Shown here one piece after another: positions 17,155-25,447 of a stretch of 48,029 bases of DNA. Numbering within the stretch: the stretch's first letter is position 1; every line of letters starts with the position of its first letter. The notes beneath the pieces are model-generated. The model was given only the letters and a program-made list of their open reading frames with translations. It ran no database searches and had not been told where the DNA came from. Origin of the DNA: an archaeon (GTDB lineage Archaea; Nanobdellota; Nanobdellia; SCGC-AAA011-G17; GW2011-AR18); the NCBI GenBank assembly GCA_023245385.1, contig JAHFKM010000001.1, positions 1-48,029 on the forward strand. Direction: 5' to 3'. Made by a program: the position numbers and the translations under genes.

Positions 17155-19532
17155 AATTCCACCTTGAATTCTTTTCCGTAAAGAAGTTCCTGTGCTTGCG
17201 TGACCGCTTTGATATCTTGTTCTAAAATTTTTAATTTTTTGCTGAGAATAATCTTTCGAACAGGTTCTTTTAAAGACTTTTGAGCTTTGGTTTTTTCTTG
17301 ACGTACAAGAGAAATTGTTTGAATTGCGAGGTCTCCGGATTTCTCTATTTTTTTATCGTTCCATTCTTTGTGTTCTTCAGGCCAAGAACTAAGATGAATA
17401 CTTTTTGTTTTTTCAAAACGAATAAAATAGTGCTGATAAATTTCTTCAGTAATGTGCGGCATAATCGGTGAAAGAAGTTTAAGTAATGTTAAAAGAGTTT
17501 GATAAAGCGTGTATTGAGCGCTTTGTTTAGCTTTTGTTCCCCTTTTATCAGCGTTGTAAAGTCGGTCTTTAATAATTTCTAAATAATTATCACAGAAGGT
17601 ATGCCAAAAGAATTCTTCAATATCTACTTTAGCTTTAGCATATTCATAGTTTTCAAAAACTCCAGTACATCCTTTTATAAGAAGATTAAGCTTTGTAAGT
17701 AACCACCTATCAAACGCCTCAAGTTCGACTTTTTCAGGGGTCGAGTTTTCAAGATGGGTAATGCAGAATTTAGATGCATTCCAGAGTTTGATAATCATTT
17801 TTTTCCCAGTTTGTAGATCTTTTTCTTGATAAGGAATATTTTCTCCCAATTTTGAACTTGCTGCTAAAAACCTCCACGCATCTGCACCATATTTATCAAG
17901 AATAGAACGAGGTTCAATAACATTACCCAAACTCTTGCTCATTTTCCTTCCATGAGGATCCATAATATGTCCAGAGATTGCGATTTTTTTCCAAGGTATT
18001 TTTTTGTGATGATAAAGAGATTTAACAATTGTATAAAACGCCCATGTTCTCACCAGGTCATGCGCTTGTACTCTTAAATCCATAGGAAACATTTTAAGAT
18101 CTCCAGAGCAATCTTTGTCTCCAACCCAATTAAAGGCGATTTGCGGGGTAAGTGAACTTGTTGCCCAAGTATCCATAACATCTCTTTCTGCTTCAAATTC
18201 TTGTGAACCACAAGAGCATTTTTTAATTGGTTTGTCAATAAATGGATCTACAGGCAATTGTTTTTCTTCGGCAACGAGGATGGTTTTGCAATCCTTGCAG
18301 TTCCATGCAGGAAAAGCTACTCCAAAGTGGCGTTGTCTTGAGATGCACCAGTCCCATTGAAGTCCTTCCACCCAATGTTCGTAACGTGTGCGCATATATT
18401 CAGGGTACCATTTTATTTTTCTCCCCGCTTCAAGTAACTCTTTTTTATGATCCAACACTTTAATAAACCATTGAAAACTATCCAAGAATTCTATGTCTGT
18501 TCCACACTTGTCATGAACATTAACAATATGTTTAATCGGTTTTTTAGTTACTACTACTTTTTCTTTTTCAAGTTGGTCTAAGATCGCTTTGCGCGCCTCT
18601 TTGATCGGAAGTCCTAGAAATTGTTTTGCGAACTCATTCATTTTTCCATCTCTAGTAATACAAATTCTTGCTTTGAAATTTTTCCTTTTAACAGCTTCAA
18701 CATCATTTTTGTCTCCATATGAGCAAATCATTAAAATCCCTGTTCCTTTTTCTTGATCGACAGATTCGTCAGAATAGATTTTTACTTCCTGGTTGAATAA
18801 AGGAACCTTCACTTTTTTCCCAAAAAGATGTTTGTATCTTTTATCTTCTGGATGAACAAAAAGCGCGACACAAGCAGGTAAGAGTTCAGGTCGTGTTGTT
18901 GAGATAGTAATTTTTTCTCCACTTTCTAAAGTGAAAAGAATATCATTGAAAGTACTATCTTGTTCTTTGTCTTCTAATTCTGCTTGCGCAATCGCAGTTT
19001 GACATTGGACACACCATATAAACGCGTCTTCTTTTTTGTAAACAAGTTTTTTCTTGTAAAGATCTAAAAATGATTTTTGTGAAGTTTTGATACAATGTTT
19101 ATCAATAGTAGAATAAAAAATATTCCAATCACAACTGATAGCAATATCCCTCCAATCTTGAATAAATCCAGGTCTTAACTCCTTGAGGGTTTCGTTGCAA
19201 AGAGAAATAAATTCTTGGCGTTGCATCTTTGTGGACTTAACATTTTTGAGTTTCTCGATCATACGTTCTGTAGGCAACCCATTATCATCTGTACCAAAAG
19301 GATAAAAAACATTTTTCCCTCTCATACGTTGGTAGCGTACGAAAAAATCCTGTTGACTATAAGAAAAAGCGTGTCCAATGTGCATTTTTCCAGAAAGAGT
19401 TGGTGGTGGAGTGTCAATAGAATAGATATTCTTTTTATTGTGAGGATCAAAAGCGTAAATCTTTTTTTCTTCCCAATATTTTTGCCACTTTTTTTCTATC
19501 TCTTGAAAGTTATAATCTTTGGAAAGTTCCAT
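17151..19532 (-). CDS. valS: Valyl-tRNA synthetase
   Basis: DTPPPTLSGKMHIGHAF (HIGH), GTDDNGLPTE, editing-domain motif TTRPELLPACVALFVHPED, and KMSKSLGNVI. Confidence 0.85.
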   Translation of the reverse strand: MELSKDYNFQEIEKKWQKYWEEKKIYAFDPHNKKNIYSIDTPPPTLSGKMHIGHAFSYSQQDFFVRYQRMRGKNVFYPFGTDDNGLPTERMIEKLKNVKSTKMQRQEFISLCNETLKELRPGFIQDWRDIAISCDWNIFYSTIDKHCIKTSQKSFLDLYKKKLVYKKEDAFIWCVQCQTAIAQAELEDKEQDSTFNDILFTLESGEKITISTTRPELLPACVALFVHPEDKRYKHLFGKKVKVPLFNQEVKIYSDESVDQEKGTGILMICSYGDKNDVEAVKRKNFKARICITRDGKMNEFAKQFLGLPIKEARKAILDQLEKEKVVVTKKPIKHIVNVHDKCGTDIEFLDSFQWFIKVLDHKKELLEAGRKIKWYPEYMRTRYEHWVEGLQWDWCISRQRHFGVAFPAWNCKDCKTILVAEEKQLPVDPFIDKPIKKCSCGSQEFEAERDVMDTWATSSLTPQIAFNWVGDKDCSGDLKMFPMDLRVQAHDLVRTWAFYTIVKSLYHHKKIPWKKIAISGHIMDPHGRKMSKSLGNVIEPRSILDKYGADAWRFLAASSKLGENIPYQEKDLQTGKKMIIKLWNASKFCITHLENSTPEKVELEAFDRWLLTKLNLLIKGCTGVFENYEYAKAKVDIEEFFWHTFCDNYLEIIKDRLYNADKRGTKAKQSAQYTLYQTLLTLLKLLSPIMPHITEEIYQHYFIRFEKTKSIHLSSWPEEHKEWNDKKIEKSGDLAIQTISLVRQEKTKAQKSLKEPVRKIILSKKLKILEQDIKAVTQAQELLYGKEFKVEL

Positions 19533-19585
19533 AAGAGTTTGAATCAGAGGATTATATAAAAAGCTTTTTATGGATTTTTTTAGCC

Positions 19586-20328
19586 TTATTTTTCATTCTT
19601 TACTTTTTGCAAACGACTAGTGTCTCCGAATGTTGCTGAAAACCCACCACCATAGAGATGTTCACATCTCGCAGCTAAGTTTGCATAGATTAAAAACAAT
19701 TTTTCTTTCGCGTCTCTACAAAAACAAATGTCATCCCAAATAACATCAAGCTCATTCAAAGAATGCTTAGTTTCGTATCTAAAGGTTATTTTCTCAAGAA
19801 TTTTTCTCGAAAGAAGCACACAGGCCATAGCACAATAATCAACAGAAACAACTCCCTCTTTCTTCTTTGCACTTTCATAAGTAAAAAAAATATAAATTCC
19901 AGGATGCTGTGGATCATCGATGCCAAGCAAAGCGATCTCAACAGATTTTCCATTTCTCAAAAGAAGATGCGGAGCTACCCCACTAACAACATCTTTCTGT
20001 GCTTCTAGTAAGAGCTCAATAATATTTTTCTGTGGAATAACATCCTGCTCTAAACTAAGAAAATAATCATACTTATTTTCAAGCATATATTCTCTCAAAT
20101 AATTTCTTCCACGAATAACATTTTCAGGAATTGTCCCTTCACGAGGAAGTTTAATACAAGGTATCCCGAGCGCGATAATCTTTTTAGAATACTCTTTAGT
20201 CAGAGAATTGTCAACAAGAAGAATATCAAAATCTCGTACGTAAGCTCTTTAAGTCGTTCAACATAAGGAACTAAACAATACTCTTTGAGATCTGCTGTGG
20301 GACACCCAACAAGAACTTTTGGAACCAT
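19586..20328 (-). pseudogene. GT2-like glycosyltransferase disrupted by a 1-nt frameshift
   Basis: The N-terminal frame reads MVPKVLVGCPTADLKEYCLVPYVERLKELTYE and stops at 20200-20202. The continuation DFDILLVDNSLTKEYSKKIIALGIP...REYMLENK is in another frame, open from 20248. The shift maps to a T4/A4 run near 20228-20235. The C-terminal part carries WDDICFCRDAKE and a conserved H. Confidence 0.6.
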
Positions 20329-20349
20329 AAAACAGATCTAACAAAAACA

Positions 20350-20358
20350 TTTATATAA
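20350..20358 (+). promoter_or_regulatory. TATA box (tttatataa) upstream of tRNA-Phe
   Basis: It ends 37 nt upstream of the proposed mature 5' end at 20395. That is compatible with a short leader. Confidence 0.4.
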
Positions 20359-20394
20359 GTGCCTCTAAGAACGAATTACAACGCTGAGTCCAAT

Positions 20395-20519
20395 GGGGAT
20401 CTTTTAAGCTTCTGCTTAGATGACCAGAACGGTAGCTCAGCCTGGGAGAGCACTACGCTGAAGACGTAGGAGTCGGGGGTTCAAATTAACCAAAAGTTAT
20501 GAAAGTCCCTCTCGCCCCA
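20395..20519 (+). tRNA. tRNA-Phe (anticodon GAA) with two putative non-canonical introns
   Basis: 20430-20486 gives a perfect D arm, anticodon arm (ctacg-ctGAAga-cgtag), variable loop and 5' T stem plus T loop. The acceptor and 3' T stem form only if 20399-20429 (31 nt) and 20487-20506 (20 nt) are removed. That gives acceptor gggg+cgg pairing with tcgcccc and T stem ggggg/ccctc. Confidence 0.55.
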
Positions 20520-20521
20520 TT

Positions 20522-20806
20522 TCATTTTAAGAATCTTGAAATTTTCTGAAGAAGATAAAAAAATTTCTTTCTATGTTTAAGATAGGTGGTTACGAGCGTC
20601 AGATACTCTTTATTCTTACCCGCAGAAACAAGCTCCCAAGAAAACTCTTCAAATTTCTTTCTTTTAAGAAGTTTAAAAATAATAAAATCATTTTTTGTTC
20701 TTCCAAAAGCTACAGCTTCTTCCAGAATAGAAAACATATGTGAATGGATTTCTTTAGGATTTTCTTCAACCCAGACAACTTTAATCGTTCCTTTTTCAAT
20801 AGACAT
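20522..20806 (-). CDS. Hypothetical protein (94 aa)
   Basis: ORF only. No motif recognised. Confidence 0.35.
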   Translation of the reverse strand: MSIEKGTIKVVWVEENPKEIHSHMFSILEEAVAFGRTKNDFIIFKLLKRKKFEEFSWELVSAGKNKEYLTLVTTYLKHRKKFFYLLQKISRFLK

Positions 20807-20841
20807 TCATTTAATTTAATAAAGTAAAGATATAAAGTTTT

Positions 20842-21381
20842 TTATTTTTCAATATGAATAATAATTGTTTCTTCAGAACCGACTGCTCCATCTTTATACA
20901 GAGAAAGAACACAACCATACGTTCCGAGAGGAGTCTTTGCTTTATCATTAATAATAACTTTAAAATCTTTATCTTGAGCTGATGAAAGGGAGACGCTTTT
21001 TGACGCTGTTGCTTCCGTATCCGCTAGTTCGCAAGTGAATTTCGCACTCCTAGCACTTTGTGGAGGAAGAGAAGTTTTTAATTGGAATTTCGCTTCTCTA
21101 TCTCCAAGGTTGGCCATGAGAACACCAAGAACTTTTGTGTCTCCTTGTTTAAGAGTAACTTCACTACTTGTAACACTTAATTCGTGTTCAATATTTCCTC
21201 GTAATTTTGCAATTCCCGCGTTAGCTTCTTCGAAAGCCTGACTTGTTAGGATATCTACTTTTCCAAAAATATTTCTGACAAAAAGAAGACCTAAAGATAA
21301 GAGCGTAACCCCTAAAATAATAACAATGACTGTAGTCATGGAGAGTTCTATTGCTCCTTTGTGAGAATTCCTCTTTTTCAT
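20842..21381 (-). CDS. Type IV pilin-like (class III signal peptide) protein
   Basis: MKKRNSHKG/AIELSMTTVIVIILGVTLLSLGLLFV has a charged N-terminus, KG then a small residue, then a hydrophobic helix. A TATA-like box lies about 29 nt upstream (21403-21416). Confidence 0.6.
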   Translation of the reverse strand: MKKRNSHKGAIELSMTTVIVIILGVTLLSLGLLFVRNIFGKVDILTSQAFEEANAGIAKLRGNIEHELSVTSSEVTLKQGDTKVLGVLMANLGDREAKFQLKTSLPPQSARSAKFTCELADTEATASKSVSLSSAQDKDFKVIINDKAKTPLGTYGCVLSLYKDGAVGSEETIIIHIEK

Positions 21382-21457
21382 TAAAGAAAGAATAGCTGTG
21401 AAGGGTTATATAAACATTTTGTTCTCTTCTTTTCCAGAAAATAAAAAAAAAGAACTA

Positions 21458-21679
21458 TTAAAGATTTTCCAAATCCTGATCCATCGTATTAATATCCTGA
21501 TCAAGAGTGTCAACATCATCAGTGTCATTCTGTTGAGCCTGATTTTGGAACGAAGAATCTAATGGTGTGTTTACTTCCTGAGTAGGAGTTGTAGATTGTG
21601 GCTGTTGCGGCGCTTTGCTACACCCTGTAAGGACAGTTAAGATCATTCCTAAAATAAATAGTGTAAATAGTTTGTTCAT
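21458..21679 (-). CDS. Small lipoprotein-like secreted protein
   Basis: MNKLFTLFILGMILTVLTGC has a lipobox-like LTGC. GGAGG lies 10 nt upstream of this ATG, so the internal start is preferred over the track start. The tail is Q/D/T-rich. Confidence 0.5.
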   Translation of the reverse strand: MNKLFTLFILGMILTVLTGCSKAPQQPQSTTPTQEVNTPLDSSFQNQAQQNDTDDVDTLDQDINTMDQDLENL

Positions 21680-21730
21680 TGTGATCATTCCTCCACTATT
21701 TTAGTATCCCTAAACTTTTTAAGAGTTTCT

Positions 21731-21762
21731 AAAATAAAAAAAAGAGAGCGCTTTCGCGCTCT
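21731..21762 (-). terminator. Hairpin plus oligo-T terminator
   Basis: On the minus strand, directly after the TAA: gagcgc-gaaa-gcgctc followed by tcttttttttatttt. Confidence 0.5.
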
Positions 21763-22835
21763 TATATTGTCGCTGTAACCTTTCCTGTAACATCAGACTC
21801 TACGCTAACATCTGTATCCTCATCTTTTGAACTTTCCTTTTCCAGCTCTTGTTCCGCACCTTTGATTTCTTTAAGTGTTTGAACAACTATTCTCAAACTT
21901 TTATGGGCAAGATTAAGTTCACTTCGCGCTTGAACATGAAGTTCTTGTCCTTGTTTGACTTCTGCTTCAAAATTGTCTTTATTTGTTCTTGCCGCATCAA
22001 AGTGTGCTTGTGCTTGTGCCGCGAGCTCTTTTGCCTTGCTGATGTGGGTTCTAAACTCAGTAACAGACACATCAACTTTACTTACATCTTTTCCATCTGC
22101 TTTTAATTTAGCAAGGACAGTATCTAGGTGAAGTTCTAGTTTTTCTGCTTGAAGGATGATGTTCTTAATTCCGAAGTTAACTGTTGTTCCAACACCAAGC
22201 TTAATCGTCTTTCTTGTGGTTGACCAAACTTCTTTAAGTTCTTTCGCGTTTGCTCTAAGCTGGTCAGGACGCGCCTCTACAGGCAATCCTTCAATATTTG
22301 TTTTAATTGTTGTTACTTGTTTGATACTCGCATCAATGTCTGCGCTGAGCTGGACTTTATTGTCTATGTTAGACGCGTCTGTTTTTATCTTCAATCTTTG
22401 AAGAAGCTCTATAATTTTATCTGCTGTTTGAATAAGGTGGTCTTTAGCCTGAGTTTTTACCTTAACACGAATTTCTTTACAAATATCTGAGCTAAAGTCT
22501 CCTTTACATTCGCGAAGATGAGCTCGCAATTCTAAAAAAGATTTTGCTTCTTCTTTATAATCTGCTTTTAAATTCTCTCGTTCTTCTTTAAAGTCCTCTT
22601 TCATCCCTTCTCTTTCTTTTCTTTCCTGACGGAGCGCATTGATATCTGCATGGAGTTTTGCTCTTGCACTTGTATCTACAGATGCACTTGTGCTCGTACT
22701 TACCGCAGAAGGATCTGTAGTAATTCCTAAGCCTGTGTTTACATTTGTAGTACTATCCACAGCGAAAGCAAATGGAATACTACTAATAAGGAACACTGCC
22801 AATATCAAAATATGTAATTTTTTGTTTTTGTTCAC
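21762..22835 (-). CDS. Secreted all-alpha/coiled-coil protein
   Basis: GTG start preceded by GGAGG. Signal peptide (KKLHILILAVFLISSIPFAFA) followed by a long K/E/A-rich helical sequence. Confidence 0.55.
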   Translation of the reverse strand: MNKNKKLHILILAVFLISSIPFAFAVDSTTNVNTGLGITTDPSAVSTSTSASVDTSARAKLHADINALRQERKEREGMKEDFKEERENLKADYKEEAKSFLELRAHLRECKGDFSSDICKEIRVKVKTQAKDHLIQTADKIIELLQRLKIKTDASNIDNKVQLSADIDASIKQVTTIKTNIEGLPVEARPDQLRANAKELKEVWSTTRKTIKLGVGTTVNFGIKNIILQAEKLELHLDTVLAKLKADGKDVSKVDVSVTEFRTHISKAKELAAQAQAHFDAARTNKDNFEAEVKQGQELHVQARSELNLAHKSLRIVVQTLKEIKGAEQELEKESSKDEDTDVSVESDVTGKVTATI

Positions 22836-23015
22836 GGTTCAAACCTCCATTGTTGATTTGACTGAGACTAATGAGGAGAACATTCTTTATAAATATACTT
22901 TCTTAAAAGAGAATTTTAAGCTTTATTTTAGTTTTTAAAACTTTACAGAGGAGAATTTAGCCTTCATTTTACTTAGAGAAAACGATTTAAAGGTTAAAGA
23001 TTAATTAAAGCGATA

Positions 23016-23684
23016 ATGAAAAGAATAATTCTCTTACTAACAACACTTGTGATCCTAAGTAATCTTGTTTCTGCAGCCGATATTCACGGCGCAGTCTACA
23101 GCATCTCCTTAAAAAAAGTACAAAATATTGTAATCGAAATTGACTCTTTACCAACACAAAGGATGGTTTCGAAATCAGGGGATTATAACTTTAAGGTAGC
23201 TCCTGGAAAGAATTATACCATTCAAGCGAAGATAAAAGAAAAAACTATTACTGAAGAATCATTGTTTGTTCCTCAAGAAGGAGACTTTATTGTAGACTTG
23301 TTCGTGTTTCCTGACTTTTCTGAAGATGATAAACTAGTCAGTGAATCTGATCTTCCTGTTGTTGATGTAAGCGTGTTTGACGAACTTTCTTCAAATAAGT
23401 CCTGGATTGTTGGAATTGTTATCATTCTTGTAATAATTTTTGTACTCTTTACAAGAAGAAAGAAAAATAACATAAAAGAACCAGTTGTTGAAACAAACAA
23501 TGATCCTGAGAAGATAATAGAAATTCTAAAAAAAGAAGGCGGAAGGATGAATCAGAAAGAATTAAGAAAACATTTTCCCCTGTCTGAAGCCAAGGTTTCT
23601 CTGATGATCGCTGAATTAGAAGCGAAAGGAAAAATAGAAAAAATAAAACAAGGAAGGGGAAATATTCTTATTTTAAAGAATTAA
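23016..23684 (+). CDS. Membrane-associated protein with extracellular beta-rich domain and cytoplasmic winged-helix domain
   Basis: Signal peptide, carboxypeptidase-regulatory-like segment (GDYNFKVAPGKNYTIQA), a TM helix (WIVGIVIILVIIFVLF), and a C-terminal wHTH (MNQKELRKHFPLSEAKVSLMIAELEAKGKIEKI). Confidence 0.6.
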   Translation: MKRIILLLTTLVILSNLVSAADIHGAVYSISLKKVQNIVIEIDSLPTQRMVSKSGDYNFKVAPGKNYTIQAKIKEKTITEESLFVPQEGDFIVDLFVFPDFSEDDKLVSESDLPVVDVSVFDELSSNKSWIVGIVIILVIIFVLFTRRKKNNIKEPVVETNNDPEKIIEILKKEGGRMNQKELRKHFPLSEAKVSLMIAELEAKGKIEKIKQGRGNILILKN

Positions 23685-23853
23685 TAAACGAAGATATCTT
23701 TTTTGAAGTCATAAATTATTTTTAGAAAAATACTGAAACATTCTCTTATAAAAAAAGTGCTAGAAACCTTTTTATACTATCCAAATTTCCCCATCTTTAC
23801 ATTTTAATAGGAAAGTAACATTTCCACTTACTCCGCAAGGAGTGAAAAGCACA

Positions 23854-24264
23854 ATGGTAACACTATATGACGCTGACGCGGGAAAGTCTATTGAGAAGAT
23901 AGCAGAATCTTTAAAACCTCTCCTTAAAGATCCTGAATGGGCGAAGTTTGTAAAAACAGGAATGGCAAAAGAAAGACCACCTGTCGCTTTGGACTGGTTT
24001 TTCACAAGAGCCGCCTCAGTGTTAAGAACAGTCTATTTGCGTGGCCCAATAGGTGTACAAAAGTTAAGAGTAAAATATGGTTCAAAAAAAAATCGCGGCC
24101 ATAACCCTGAAAAATTTTATAAAGCTTCGGGAAAAATTTTAAGAAACATCCTACAACAACTAGAAAAAGCAGAGTTAGTAAAATTTCAAAAAACTGGTGC
24201 TCACAAAGGTCGAGTTGTCACACCGAAAGGAAAATCCTTAGTGGACAAATCTGCACTAAAATGA
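23854..24264 (+). CDS. rps19e: Ribosomal protein eS19
   Basis: MVTLYDADAGKSIEKIAESLK...PEWAKFVKTGMAKERPP...WFFTRAASVLRTVYLRGPIGV. AGGAG lies ~10 nt upstream of the ATG at 23854. Confidence 0.9.
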   Translation: MVTLYDADAGKSIEKIAESLKPLLKDPEWAKFVKTGMAKERPPVALDWFFTRAASVLRTVYLRGPIGVQKLRVKYGSKKNRGHNPEKFYKASGKILRNILQQLEKAELVKFQKTGAHKGRVVTPKGKSLVDKSALK

Positions 24265-24524
24265 ACGAGGAAGATCAGAAAAAATTACAAGAACAAATTC
24301 AAGCTTTGGAAACCCTAGCAAAACAATGGATGACCGCTGACGCAATAACAAGATACGGAACATTAAAGGCGGCCTATCCTGAAAAAGCTATTCAAATCAT
24401 CGCATTAATCGCACAATTAGTTCAGCAGGGATCTTTGAAAGAAAAGATCAGTGACGCTGAACTAAAAAGTTTGTTGACGAAAATGCAACCTGAAAGAAAA
24501 GAGACGACAATACGAAGGATGTAA
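24261..24524 (+). CDS. PDCD5/TFAR19-family DNA-binding protein
   Basis: ATGA overlap with rps19e. The sequence ...ITRYGTLKAAYPEKAIQIIALIAQLVQQGSLKEKISDAELKSLL matches the family, as does the conserved archaeal neighbourhood S19e-PDCD5-L39e-L31e. Confidence 0.7.
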   Translation: MNEEDQKKLQEQIQALETLAKQWMTADAITRYGTLKAAYPEKAIQIIALIAQLVQQGSLKEKISDAELKSLLTKMQPERKETTIRRM

Positions 24525-24526
24525 AA

Positions 24527-24700
24527 ATGGCAAGGTATAAACCAAGAGCGAAGAAGTTACGTTTGGCAAAGGCTATGCAGCATACTAAATGGGCTCCTTT
24601 ATGGATTGTTCCTAAAATGAATAGAGGACTGAAGAGAGTACATCCAAGCAGATACACAAGAGTAAAAAGAAGCTGGAGAAGGACGAAGACGAGAGTTTGA
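24527..24700 (+). CDS. rpl39e: Ribosomal protein eL39
   Basis: 57 aa, below the ORF-track cutoff: MARYKPRAKKLRLAKAMQHTKWAPLWIVPKMNRGLKRVHPSRYTRVKRSWRRTKTRV*. Confidence 0.85.
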   Translation: MARYKPRAKKLRLAKAMQHTKWAPLWIVPKMNRGLKRVHPSRYTRVKRSWRRTKTRV

Positions 24701-24702
24701 AA

Positions 24703-25236
24703 ATGGCTGATGAAAAAATATTTATCATTCCGCTGAGAAAGGAGTGGAATAAAGCTCCAAAGTACAAACGCGCGAAGAAGGCTGTCGCTGCTGTCAAAGA
24801 ATTTATCGCTCGTCATATGAAAGCAGAAGAAATTCATATTGGAAAAGGCTTAAATGAAATGTTATGGTCATCTGGTTCTAAACATCCACCACAGAAAATT
24901 AAAGTAAAATCAATAATAGAGGAGAACCGCGCCTTTGTTGAACTTGTAGACCTTCCTTTTGCTATCAAAAAAGAAGAAGAAAAAAAGTCCTTGAAAGAAA
25001 GGTTATTAGCAAAAAAAGATGAAAAAATTCCTGAAGAAACAAAAGAAACTCCTGAAGTAAGAAAAGAACTAGAAAAAGAAAGAGAAATTATGTCAAAGAA
25101 AGAACATAAAGGACATGAAAAACAACCTGGTGTTCCTGAAAAACAAGTGACAATGCAGGAAAAACAGAAGAATATGAAAACTGAAAATATCGTCCATCAA
25201 AATAACAAGAAAGAAGCGCATAGTCCAAAACCATAA
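24703..25236 (+). CDS. rpl31e: Ribosomal protein eL31 with long K/E-rich C-terminal extension
   Basis: MADEKIFIIPLRKEWNKAPKYKRAKKAVAAVKEFIARHMK...IHIGKGLNEMLWSSGSKHPPQKIKVK, followed by ~90 aa of KE-rich tail. Confidence 0.85.
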   Translation: MADEKIFIIPLRKEWNKAPKYKRAKKAVAAVKEFIARHMKAEEIHIGKGLNEMLWSSGSKHPPQKIKVKSIIEENRAFVELVDLPFAIKKEEEKKSLKERLLAKKDEKIPEETKETPEVRKELEKEREIMSKKEHKGHEKQPGVPEKQVTMQEKQKNMKTENIVHQNNKKEAHSPKP

Positions 25237-25447
25237 ATCTTCTCAGAGAGCTCTATCCTAAGTCTTTTTCACTCGTGACATTTCAACTTATCCAAACCAC
25301 TATTATCCTATGATCTAAGCTTTCTTAGACTATATCTTAAACAAAAAGGAAATTTAAGATATGTGTAGACAGGTGACATATATCACCTTACTGCACAGAT
25401 ACTTAGGTATGGAGTAGTTTTATATAATCATCTTTTATGTAATTTTT

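Noticed and set aside
24448-24837. 129-aa and 61-aa minus-strand ORFs
   Set aside because: They are antisense to the strongly recognisable eL39 and eL31 genes.
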